In this document: in pieces, positions 55,098-63,965 of the stretch | Layout of the letters: every line of letters begins with the position of its first letter | Position numbering within the stretch: position 1 is the first letter of the stretch | IMG/VR virus record: IMGVR_UViG_3300037296_000406 | Reading direction: 5' to 3' (one strand) | DNA length: 64,000 bases | DNA from: an uncultured virus (IMG/VR IMGVR_UViG_3300037296_000406) | Lineage: Duplodnaviria; Heunggongvirae; Uroviricota; Caudoviricetes | Program-made: the position numbers and the translations under genes | The notes under the pieces: model-generated | The model's input: only the letters and a program-made list of their open reading frames with translations | Databases searched by the model: none | What the model was told of the DNA's origin: nothing

Positions 55098-57107
55098 ATG
55101 GTTAAAGAAATTAAGAGAAAAACTAAAGTTAGCGAAGCTAAAATTGAAGAGAAAGACCAAAGATGGCACACTAGAAACAGAATCACTTTAGTTTTTGGAT
55201 CTAATGATTTAGAAAATTTAAGTACTTATTTATATGATAAAGATCTTAATATAGAGTTTAAGGAGTTAGATTTTCATCAGGCAAAATCAAAAGCTATTGA
55301 AGAATTGCTCGATAATTGCATTGATGAATTTTATAGAGGTCATGTTACTGAGGTTCATGTAGAACTAAAAAAAGATAAAAAAACTGTCGTTGTTCAAGAC
55401 AATGGAATTGGATTTCCTGTAAACAAGATAGTTGACGTTTACTCTAAGTTTAGAACAGGTTCTAAATTTAAAGATGAGGGTTTAGATAAAAAAGGCTTTC
55501 TTAATCGTACTTTAGGTCAAAATGGTCTAGGCGCCGCGGCGACATGCTTAACTTCTGATTACTTTAAAGCAACAGTTAGGCATCACAACTCAAAAAAAGA
55601 ACAGACAGTTGAGTTTATAGATGGTGCTCTTAAGACAAAAAATTCTAAAGTTAAAAAATACAGAGGAGCTTCTGGAGTTAAAATTGAACTACAACTATCT
55701 ACTGAAGTATATAAAGACAATATTATAGATGAGCAATTATTAAGAAAAAGAATAATTGATTTAACTTATAACAACCCCGGATTAGTCTTTTATTTCAATG
55801 AAGAAAAATTTGTATCTAAAAAAGGATTAAGTGATTTAGCAATGATGGTAGATAAACAGACAGGTCAAACTCTGGGAGAAGATACTTTTATTCAAGAAGT
55901 TAAATTACAGAATAAAAAAGGTACAGCGAAAGGTAAGTATGATGTCTCAATATCAGTTGCTTACGAAACAAAATCTTATGAAAAAGAAAAGTTTATATCT
56001 TTCGTAAACTCTACACCTACATACGATGGTGGCTTTCATCATGACAGAGTAAAGCGAATATTTATAAATGAAGTTAAAGAAAAATTAAAAAGAGAAGCGA
56101 GTAAGAATAAAGTTGAATTAATGGATAGCGACATTGTTTCTGGTTTAGTTTTTATTATTGGGATAATTATGCCAAACCCTAGGTTTGAGTCTCAGACAAA
56201 AAGAAAACTTGTAAGAGATTGGCCTCTTGAAAAAAGTATTGAAGAATTAATTAAAGATAATATAGTTAAATTTTTCAAAAGAAACAAAGAATACTTAGAA
56301 GCTGTTATTGAAAGAGCTAAATCTAGAAATAAATTCGAAGTTTTAAAAGATGCATCAAAAATTGCAAAAAAAGTAAATAGTGCAAAAATCGCAAAACTCC
56401 TTGATGCTAATGAGAGAAAGGATAGAAGTAAATGTTCTTTATTTATCTGCGAAGGCGATTCTGCTATTGGTGGGTTAAGATCTTCTAGAGATAAACTCTA
56501 TCATGGAGGAATAGCGCTTAAAGGTAAGCCTATGAACGTTCTTCAGGCATCACTCAATGATATCCTTAATAATAAAGAATTCACTGATATAATGGGCTCT
56601 ATCGGTCTTACATTGGGTCAAAAAGCTGAGGGTAAGTCTTTAAGATTCGCTAATATTGTTTTTCTAGCAGATTCTGATGTTGATGGTGGACATATTAATA
56701 CACTTTTAACTAATTTCTTTTATAGATTTTGGCCTGAATTGTTTCACGAAGGTAGAATTCAGGTAACTAAAGCTCCTTTATTTGAGGTAGTTACTTCTAC
56801 TGGAAAAAGATTATTTGCGGAAAGCGATTCTGAGCTTGCTAATATTAAAAAAGACAAAAGGGTTACGATAAAAAACATTATGAGAAATAAAGGACTTGGT
56901 GAAATGAGCGATGAAGCTTGGACTTACATTTTGTCAAAAGATAAATACACTGTAATTTATTCTAATGATAAAGAAGAATCTACAGAGATGCTTGACATTT
57001 GTTTCGGAAAAGATGCACAGGCGAGAAAAGACTTATTACTTGCAAGTAATAAAGCAAATCCTAGTAAGTCAAAAAAAATAACTAAAAAGAAAGTAACTAA
57101 AAAATAA
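55098..57107 (+). CDS. Type IIA topoisomerase B subunit (GHKL ATPase plus TOPRIM)
   Basis: EELLDNCIDE, DNGIG, GQNGLG, FESQTK, EGDSA, LKGK, DSDVDG, RNKGLGEM. Confidence 0.95.
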   Translation: MVKEIKRKTKVSEAKIEEKDQRWHTRNRITLVFGSNDLENLSTYLYDKDLNIEFKELDFHQAKSKAIEELLDNCIDEFYRGHVTEVHVELKKDKKTVVVQDNGIGFPVNKIVDVYSKFRTGSKFKDEGLDKKGFLNRTLGQNGLGAAATCLTSDYFKATVRHHNSKKEQTVEFIDGALKTKNSKVKKYRGASGVKIELQLSTEVYKDNIIDEQLLRKRIIDLTYNNPGLVFYFNEEKFVSKKGLSDLAMMVDKQTGQTLGEDTFIQEVKLQNKKGTAKGKYDVSISVAYETKSYEKEKFISFVNSTPTYDGGFHHDRVKRIFINEVKEKLKREASKNKVELMDSDIVSGLVFIIGIIMPNPRFESQTKRKLVRDWPLEKSIEELIKDNIVKFFKRNKEYLEAVIERAKSRNKFEVLKDASKIAKKVNSAKIAKLLDANERKDRSKCSLFICEGDSAIGGLRSSRDKLYHGGIALKGKPMNVLQASLNDILNNKEFTDIMGSIGLTLGQKAEGKSLRFANIVFLADSDVDGGHINTLLTNFFYRFWPELFHEGRIQVTKAPLFEVVTSTGKRLFAESDSELANIKKDKRVTIKNIMRNKGLGEMSDEAWTYILSKDKYTVIYSNDKEESTEMLDICFGKDAQARKDLLLASNKANPSKSKKITKKKVTKK

Positions 57108-57128
57108 GTAACCAATACGGAGATAATT

Positions 57129-58529
57129 ATGAGTAAAGAAGACAACAAATCAATTAATAGTTTAGCTAAAATCAGTTTAAAGGATTTAGTTCAACAAGAA
57201 TACAGAATATATCAACTATATACGTTGATGGATAGAGCACTGCCTTATTTAAGAGATGGATTAAAGCCTTCTCAAAGAAGAATACTTTATACATTATTTA
57301 AAAATCAGAATAAAGGGTTACTTAAAGTTTCTTCTGCAACAGGATTAGTTCTATCTTTACATCCGCATGGACCAGCTTCTGTTGAATCTGCCATTGTTAA
57401 TTTAGCTCAAGACTATACATTTTCTAATAACTATCCTCTTGTTGAAAAGAAAGGATATTTTGGAGAAAGAATGGAGAACCAGCCTGCAGCTTCAAGATAC
57501 ATTGAATGTAAACTTAGTAGTATTTCTAAATTTTTATTATTTGATGATATGAATCAGGTTAATATGATTCCTAATTATGATGAACGAATGCTAGAACCTC
57601 AATCACTTTTACCTAAACTTCCATTAATGTTACTTAACGGTGCAGAAGGTATAGCGACAGGATACAGTTGTATGATACCATCATTCCACCATAAAGATAT
57701 TATTGATAGTATGATTGAGTTTGTTAAAACTGGTAAAGCTAAAAAAATTAAAGCTTGGGTTGATAACTATAAAGAAAATATTAAATATGATAAAGATAGA
57801 AACAGATACATATTTAACATGAAAATAGAAAGACTTAAGAAAAAAACTGGTGGTTTTGGATATTATATAACAGAGCTACCAAGAGGATATAATGCAACTA
57901 AAATAAATAATCACTTAAATAAATTAGTGGATGATGATTTTATAAAAGATTATATTGATAGTACTGTTAAGAACAATGTTATGATTGAATTAGTTTTTAA
58001 GAAAGGAAGCCGAATTAGTCTAGAAAATGTTATATCTCGAGTTAGTGCAACATCTACTCTAGTCCCTAACTACACATTAATCTCAGATGAGGGTGTTGAA
58101 GTTTTTGTTACTCCTGAATCTATTATAGAGATTTTCACAACTCAAAGATTAGGCGTTGTGAAAAGAAGATATGAACTGCTTTTAGAAGATGCTAAAAATA
58201 GAATTCAAAAGAATAATGAAATCATTAGATTTATTAAAGAAAAACATTATGATATAGCACAAAAGAAGCAAGATAAAGCTGACTATCTTAAGTATCTTAA
58301 AAGTAAAAAATTCGTTCATTATGATTATCTTGCAGAAATGAGTATATACAGAATGACTAAAGACGAAGTTTTAAAAAGAGCTTTAATGATTAAGGAAGAT
58401 TCTCCTAAAATAAAAGAATTTGAAGGTATTATTAAAAGCAAGAAAAAAATTCAAGATAAACTTTTTGAAGAACTTATAGAAGTTAAAGAAGTTTTAAGTA
58501 ATTTTTTAAGAGATAAAAATAGAAAATAA
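57129..58529 (+). CDS. Type IIA topoisomerase A subunit lacking the C-terminal pinwheel
   Basis: RALPYLRDGLKPSQRR, HPHG, catalytic AASRY, LLNGAEGIATG; only 466 aa. Confidence 0.95.
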   Translation: MSKEDNKSINSLAKISLKDLVQQEYRIYQLYTLMDRALPYLRDGLKPSQRRILYTLFKNQNKGLLKVSSATGLVLSLHPHGPASVESAIVNLAQDYTFSNNYPLVEKKGYFGERMENQPAASRYIECKLSSISKFLLFDDMNQVNMIPNYDERMLEPQSLLPKLPLMLLNGAEGIATGYSCMIPSFHHKDIIDSMIEFVKTGKAKKIKAWVDNYKENIKYDKDRNRYIFNMKIERLKKKTGGFGYYITELPRGYNATKINNHLNKLVDDDFIKDYIDSTVKNNVMIELVFKKGSRISLENVISRVSATSTLVPNYTLISDEGVEVFVTPESIIEIFTTQRLGVVKRRYELLLEDAKNRIQKNNEIIRFIKEKHYDIAQKKQDKADYLKYLKSKKFVHYDYLAEMSIYRMTKDEVLKRALMIKEDSPKIKEFEGIIKSKKKIQDKLFEELIEVKEVLSNFLRDKNRK

Positions 58530-58532
58530 TAT

Positions 58533-58562
58533 AAAGGTATTAATAATAAAGTTACTACCTTT
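58533..58562. terminator. Possible bidirectional terminator
   Basis: AAAGGTA...TACCTTT inverted repeat between convergent genes. Confidence 0.45.
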
Positions 58563-60811
58563 TAAAAATTGAAATTTAAAAATTGTAATTGATAAAAAAC
58601 TCCAGATTGACCGTCAACAATATATATAATATCTCCTGTTTCAGAGTAGTGAATACCGGTTAGTCCTTTCAAGTCGGGTAAATTACCAATGCTCGCACTG
58701 ATATATTCTCCTTCAGGATTATTAACTTTAAAGGTATAAGGAATACCAACGTTGTTATTTTCGAATAAATTTGACCAAACATAAACAAAATTATTATCAT
58801 TATCTACGGCATATATACTATCGCCTTTAACTGAAAAGTCATTTACATTATCTAAACCAAAGACTACATTTTTGTAATCTCCAGCTCCGCCAGCCGATCC
58901 ACTTAATATAATTAGTTTATCAAAGTCTTCTTGACCGATAACACTTTCGGCAGAACAAGAACCTGTACCAAATGTTAGTGAATTACAGACTGGACTAGAA
59001 CCTTTTAATGGAATATCATCAAACATTAATATTCGAGATCTTAAAGCTACTTGAGTTCCTAAGTCTGATATCGTAAAGAAATCTTCATTTGATAAAACTA
59101 AGAACTTAACATCTCCATTAGCCTTTGTCATCTTACTTAATTTTGTAGGATTTTTAAAATATCTTTTTAATAAAGTCGCATCAGAGATTATATTAGAGAA
59201 AGTTCCTGTTAAAATACTATTGTCATTATCATAAAAATCTTGTAAAGATAAAGTTTGTGAATAGTTTTGTTGACCTAAAACTCCTGACCATCTACAAAGA
59301 GATGTCAACCATGAAGAGTCGTTACAGTCATAAAAATCGTTTAAATCTGTCCCATCTCCGTTAAAAGCTCCATAGAAATTTCCTACTTTAACGACTCTAT
59401 TGTTCAATGTGTCAGCTATATATAAATCTGATTCGTCAACTAATAAACCTGTCGGATTATTTAATGAAGCTTCGCCAGAAGATAGCGTATAGCTAGTAAA
59501 ATCATCTGAAGTTTTTTTACCAAAAACTTTTTGAAAAGAACATTTTACAGGTTTTAAAAAATTAGGAATTATAGCTGGATCACATCCAATTATACTCAAA
59601 TCTATATCTTCTGTTGTATTTCCCGGAGAAAACAAAACATCTTCATAAAGAACCACTCTATCATTTCCAGTATCGCTTACTATCAATTGACCTCTATTGT
59701 ATAAAACTTCTGTAGGTTGAGTTAGACATTGATTACCTTTTACAATGCAAGAATTGTTTTGCCATTTACAAAAACTAGGATAACCGCCAAAACCTAAATC
59801 ATGGTCAGCATTGCAATCTTCTTCTGATAAGAAAACCGCACATTCATTATTATGCCCTTCACATGACAACGTGTCAAATTGTGAAGGTTGTCCTAAAACA
59901 TTATGAGCAGATAAAGGAGCACCTTGATTACTCAGATAACAATTATATATGTATATATCTCGATTTCCTTCATCTTGCGCCTCATCACTTGATAGTAACT
60001 GTTGTAAACAACTTCTTAAATTTGCATTTTCCCAAATTACAATCCTGTTATTATCTGTATCTGAAACAAATGCCATTGAACCACTTGAGTCTGCTGTAAT
60101 TCTTCCTTTAGGTATTGTACTTGTAGGAATTCCCGGGTCAAATGTTCTTAAGTTAGCTATATCACCAACAGTACCTGAAGATGAAGCATAATTAAATCTT
60201 TTTTTCTCCCAAAAGTCTTGTGGGGATGGAACTCCTGAACTAATTCCTCCGCTTGTTGATATTATCGTTATTTGTGATGAAGAAGACCAGTTTCCAAGAA
60301 CTTGCTCTCCTGTTAATTGAGTCGGATTTAAGAATCCTTCTAGAACAACGAAACCGTAGTAAAAATATGTATTTCCTTCTCTAATATCAGTATCCTCAAA
60401 AGAAGTATCTTTTAGCCTTGCGATTTCAAAATTGATAACTCCTAAATTGTTTTGAGGGCTATTCAATCCTACTCTAGTTTCTTCAGAATCAAAAACACTA
60501 TCTTGTTCTAGTCTAAAAATAACAACAACGTATTCTTCTGTTGAATATAAGTTAGGAACATTCCAAGTTAAAGTGATTTTACCATTATCTTCAAAACTTT
60601 CAGTAGGACAATCAGATTCTGGGTCTAAATTAGGACATCCTTTAAAATTAATCAAGGGTCTTACTACATTTATTCCGTCTATGTTGGAACCCGGAGAGCC
60701 CGGATCAAAAACAAATCCGTCATTCTCATCAGATTCTTCTTCAGCTTTAGAGCATCCTGTTAACCCGAAAACTGTGAAAGAAAGTAGAATTAATATTAAT
60801 ATTTTTTTCAT
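58562..60811 (-). CDS. Lipoprotein with FnIII-like domain and NHL beta-propeller repeats
   Basis: Lipobox LTGC; VSDTDNNRIV, VSDTGNDRVV, IADTLNNRVV and VLGQ motifs; CCATTTA 8 nt before the ATG. Confidence 0.88.
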   Translation of the reverse strand: MKKILILILLSFTVFGLTGCSKAEEESDENDGFVFDPGSPGSNIDGINVVRPLINFKGCPNLDPESDCPTESFEDNGKITLTWNVPNLYSTEEYVVVIFRLEQDSVFDSEETRVGLNSPQNNLGVINFEIARLKDTSFEDTDIREGNTYFYYGFVVLEGFLNPTQLTGEQVLGNWSSSSQITIISTSGGISSGVPSPQDFWEKKRFNYASSSGTVGDIANLRTFDPGIPTSTIPKGRITADSSGSMAFVSDTDNNRIVIWENANLRSCLQQLLSSDEAQDEGNRDIYIYNCYLSNQGAPLSAHNVLGQPSQFDTLSCEGHNNECAVFLSEEDCNADHDLGFGGYPSFCKWQNNSCIVKGNQCLTQPTEVLYNRGQLIVSDTGNDRVVLYEDVLFSPGNTTEDIDLSIIGCDPAIIPNFLKPVKCSFQKVFGKKTSDDFTSYTLSSGEASLNNPTGLLVDESDLYIADTLNNRVVKVGNFYGAFNGDGTDLNDFYDCNDSSWLTSLCRWSGVLGQQNYSQTLSLQDFYDNDNSILTGTFSNIISDATLLKRYFKNPTKLSKMTKANGDVKFLVLSNEDFFTISDLGTQVALRSRILMFDDIPLKGSSPVCNSLTFGTGSCSAESVIGQEDFDKLIILSGSAGGAGDYKNVVFGLDNVNDFSVKGDSIYAVDNDNNFVYVWSNLFENNNVGIPYTFKVNNPEGEYISASIGNLPDLKGLTGIHYSETGDIIYIVDGQSGVFYQLQFLNFNF

Positions 60812-60843
60812 CTATATATTAAATGGATTTATTTAAACAAGAA

Positions 60844-60875
60844 AAGGTGTCTTTTATATAAAAAAAAGACACCTT
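60844..60875. terminator. Intrinsic terminator
   Basis: Perfect 12-bp stem AAGGTGTCTTTT / AAAAGACACCTT. Confidence 0.75.
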
Positions 60876-60903
60876 GTTTTTTATTTTTATAGTTAATTAA
60901 ATG

Positions 60904-61437
60904 TTATTTGAGTATTTCCGCCCCATCTTTTCCAATTCCAATTTCTTTACCTACAACTTCTTTTAAAACATTTTCTACTGTTTCTTTAATGAACATTTCT
61001 TTTTTTGAATTAAACATTTTGTCTTGTTCATCAGATAAACCTGTTATGATTTTTTCTTCTAGTAAAGGAATAAAAGGACCTTCAATTAGAGCTTTAGTTA
61101 TTTCTTGCTTAATTAGATTTTCTTGGTCAACAAGCTTGTCGGCAAGAACTTTATTAATCACATCTTTATACTGATCTAGTTCTTTTTTAGCCTCAATATA
61201 AACATCTTTTTTTATTTCTTCAATTAGAGCTTCTTTACCTTTATCCATAACCTCTTTCTTAAGTTCTTCTCTCATTTCAGCTTGAAGTTCTTTTTTTAGA
61301 TTGTTTTTTAGTACGTCTTGCTGAATTTTCAATTCAATCATTTCTTTTTTCATTTCTTCACTATGCTTTTTCAAATCACTCGATGTTGCACAAGATGTGA
61401 TTAGAGTTAAAGCAAGTAAACTTAGTAATGTTTTCAT
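60904..61437 (-). CDS. Coiled-coil lipoprotein
   Basis: Lipobox ITSC; SD AGGAG. Confidence 0.78.
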   Translation of the reverse strand: MKTLLSLLALTLITSCATSSDLKKHSEEMKKEMIELKIQQDVLKNNLKKELQAEMREELKKEVMDKGKEALIEEIKKDVYIEAKKELDQYKDVINKVLADKLVDQENLIKQEITKALIEGPFIPLLEEKIITGLSDEQDKMFNSKKEMFIKETVENVLKEVVGKEIGIGKDGAEILK

Positions 61438-61449
61438 TAATTTCTCCTA

Positions 61450-61959
61450 TTATTTATTATTAATTTTTATATTATAAGCTTTTTCACAGTAAGAGTCTGG
61501 AATTATAGTTCCCATCATATCTGCATTACTGTTATTTGCTGGGTTTGTATCTGCGCTACAGACTGGATTTCCGCAACTCATATCAAGAGTATCTGCTCTA
61601 AATTTACATTTCCTTGAAGAATTAAACTCAAAGAAAAAAGAGTATCTATAACCACTGTCATCAATATACCGAACATTCAACATCTCAGGTTTAAAAAATC
61701 TGTAACTTCTTTCATACTCTTTTAACATTTTACTTTCAATTTGAGATAGTGTTGCTAAATCCACTTTACCTACATCATCCATAGACAATTCTGAAATTTT
61801 CATAATTTGACCTTGAATTATTTGTTTCATCAATGGCATAATTTCAAATTTTATTTTATTTTTATCATACAGTTTTAAAAAATCATCTTTAGATATTTTT
61901 TCTGCTGATAAAACATTAAACGAACTTATGATAATAATAAGTGCAATAATTTTTTTCAT
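61450..61959 (-). CDS. Secreted hypothetical protein
   Basis: Signal peptide; four Cys near the C-terminus; start overlaps the upstream stop. Confidence 0.75.
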   Translation of the reverse strand: MKKIIALIIIISSFNVLSAEKISKDDFLKLYDKNKIKFEIMPLMKQIIQGQIMKISELSMDDVGKVDLATLSQIESKMLKEYERSYRFFKPEMLNVRYIDDSGYRYSFFFEFNSSRKCKFRADTLDMSCGNPVCSADTNPANNSNADMMGTIIPDSYCEKAYNIKINNK

Positions 61960-62408
61960 TATAAACCTACCCTGTCATTAAAATCTTTTAGTTGTAATCT
62001 CTCTTTTATTCTTGGACCAATACCCTGACCATTAGGAAGAAGTCTTGGAGGAATTACTTGCCTTACTTTTCTAAAGTATAAAGATTCTTTTTTTTCATTT
62101 TTTTGTTGCTCTAATAAATTGTACTTTTTAATTTGGTCTTTTAAAAAAAGTTCTTGATTTTCAAATTCTGCACCATACTTACTTTCATAATGACCTTTTA
62201 TTAAGAAACCTACTGTTCCTGCAACCGCACAATAAATAGCCGCATTCTTCATTTCTTCGCCTTCAGTTCCAGTACTATAACCTACAGCGGCACCTATAGC
62301 ACATCCTGCAGTTGGTTCAAAGTACTCCCATTCAAATATCCCTGCGTTAGCTTTTTGCATATTTGAAATTCCTAGTAGTAAAATTAAGCTTATAATTATT
62401 TTTTTCAT
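61959..62408 (-). CDS. Secreted glycine-zipper protein, paralog 2
   Basis: KANAG...FEPTAGCAIGAAVG...YCAVAGTVG. Confidence 0.78.
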   Translation of the reverse strand: MKKIIISLILLLGISNMQKANAGIFEWEYFEPTAGCAIGAAVGYSTGTEGEEMKNAAIYCAVAGTVGFLIKGHYESKYGAEFENQELFLKDQIKKYNLLEQQKNEKKESLYFRKVRQVIPPRLLPNGQGIGPRIKERLQLKDFNDRVGL

Positions 62409-62862
62409 ATATCCTCTTTTTAATTATGGTGCTTTAAGCAATATTTTCTTTGTTGGAGAAAATACACTTCCGTCTGGTTGTTCTTGAGCTTCTTCTATCT
62501 GTTCAGCTTCTATTGCATAATAATCGTCAATGATTCCTAAATTAGCTTTTTCAGCTTGACGGACAACCCTTACTCTTACTTCATCTTTTAATCTTTGTAT
62601 CCTATCTTCATGAACAATATCTACCTTCTTTCTCCAATATTGATTCATAGTGTAACCTAATATGGCTCCACCTAAACAATAGAGACCTGCTTGTGTTGCA
62701 TCTCCATCACCACTGATGCCTACGGCTCCACCGACTGCACAAAGAACTGTTGGTTCAAACCAATTAGAACTATAAAAACCTGCATTAGCTTTTGGGCTAA
62801 CAAATAATAGTGTGAATGTTAATGTTAAAAATAATTTTTTCATATATCCTCTTTTTAATTAT
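62400..62862. repeat. 28-bp exact direct repeat covering stop codon, SD and start of two paralogs
   Basis: TTTTTTCATATATCCTCTTTTTAATTAT at 62400-62427 and 62835-62862. Confidence 0.9.
62424..62843 (-). CDS. Secreted glycine-zipper protein, paralog 1
   Basis: KANAG...FEPTVLCAVGGAVG...YCLGGAILG. Confidence 0.78.
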   Translation of the reverse strand: MKKLFLTLTFTLLFVSPKANAGFYSSNWFEPTVLCAVGGAVGISGDGDATQAGLYCLGGAILGYTMNQYWRKKVDIVHEDRIQRLKDEVRVRVVRQAEKANLGIIDDYYAIEAEQIEEAQEQPDGSVFSPTKKILLKAP

Positions 62863-63629
62863 TGATCGTTTGGTAAAATACTAAGTTCACGACTCTTTTT
62901 GTCTAATAGTAATTTTTCACCCGGATTTAAAACTCTTTCTGATGACCATATCATATAGAAACCGGGTTTATTTTCCCATTCACCTTTTTCATCAACTCTA
63001 GGAAATGAATTCTCAACAATATACTTTATTTCTCTATATCCTAAAAAGTCAGGTGGTAAATTTTGTTTTTCTTGGTCTGCAGCGTCATAGATAGCATCAA
63101 ACTGACCTCTAACGATGACTGTAGTATTCATTGACATTGGAACTGGAAATGTGAGTATCTCATCAATTAAAAACACAATTGATTTCCTGTCTTGACTTAA
63201 AAGATTGTACATATCGCTTGATTGAGCATATTTTTTTTCGTTTAAACCTCTTTCAGGTCCTTTTGACATAAAAATAGCCTTCCACTTTGCATCTGATAGT
63301 CTTGCCTTATCATATCTTTTTGAACCATCTTTTTCTGTTACTAACTTATGAAAATCAAAAATTTGCTCATTTCTTGTTAAGTGCACATATTCTTCAATAA
63401 ACATTTGCATTTTAGCATCATGATTAATTGGATGAGCTGCCGATTGAATATATACTGCTGGGTAATGAGTTTCAATTTGTGGAATACATGAAACGGCATC
63501 TCTATCTTTAGCCCATTTTTCATTTATTACATTTTTAAAAATAGAGCTTCCGAAAGCAATGATAGTAAATATGATTAATAAATAAACTCTTCTTGAGAAT
63601 AGTTCAATTTCTTTAGTTTCTTTTTCCAC
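62859..63629 (-). CDS. Second VirB8-like bitopic protein
   Basis: TM then CIP; KMQMFIEEYV; C-terminal NKPGFYM; same layout as 25520..26230. GTG start with SD GGAGG; CCATTTA at 63647-63653. Confidence 0.55.
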   Translation of the reverse strand: MEKETKEIELFSRRVYLLIIFTIIAFGSSIFKNVINEKWAKDRDAVSCIPQIETHYPAVYIQSAAHPINHDAKMQMFIEEYVHLTRNEQIFDFHKLVTEKDGSKRYDKARLSDAKWKAIFMSKGPERGLNEKKYAQSSDMYNLLSQDRKSIVFLIDEILTFPVPMSMNTTVIVRGQFDAIYDAADQEKQNLPPDFLGYREIKYIVENSFPRVDEKGEWENKPGFYMIWSSERVLNPGEKLLLDKKSRELSILPNDQ

Positions 63630-63680
63630 TACTTCCTCCAGTCACATAAATGGTAAATATATAAAATATCCATTCGTTTT

Positions 63681-63965
63681 TTAAGATCTTTCTACATAGT
63701 TTTGGATATTTTCTATATTATAATCTATCTTTTTTATTAACTCTTCTTTTTTGTCTTCATCAGTATTCTTGATCATTTGCTTCATTGTATATGTATGAGA
63801 AATTTTTTCTTGAATTTTATAAATTCTTTCTAGCATTAATTTTTCACTTGTAGTGAGTTCATCTAGAAAACCTTTTTTTCTTGCTCTTTTTTTATCATAA
63901 GTTTCTTCGCCTGAAACTTCTTTTTGGACTATTTCTGCGTAACCCATTAGATTTAAATTCTTCAA
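63681..63965 (-). CDS. Hypothetical protein
   Basis: 94 aa charged ORF; start uncertain. Confidence 0.55.
   Translation of the reverse strand: MKNLNLMGYAEIVQKEVSGEETYDKKRARKKGFLDELTTSEKLMLERIYKIQEKISHTYTMKQMIKNTDEDKKEELIKKIDYNIENIQNYVERS

Noticed and set aside
55098..58529. Naming these genes gyrB/gyrA or parE/parC
   Set aside because: The A subunit lacks the CTD and the ATP-lid motif is atypical, so orthology cannot be assigned by eye.
11511..59768. Intragenic CCATTTA/TAAATGG copies (for example ~11511, 21045, 27133, 32828, 42217, 53900, 59762)
   Set aside because: They are not near start codons and occur in either orientation. Some chance hits are expected in AT-rich DNA, so they were not counted as promoters.
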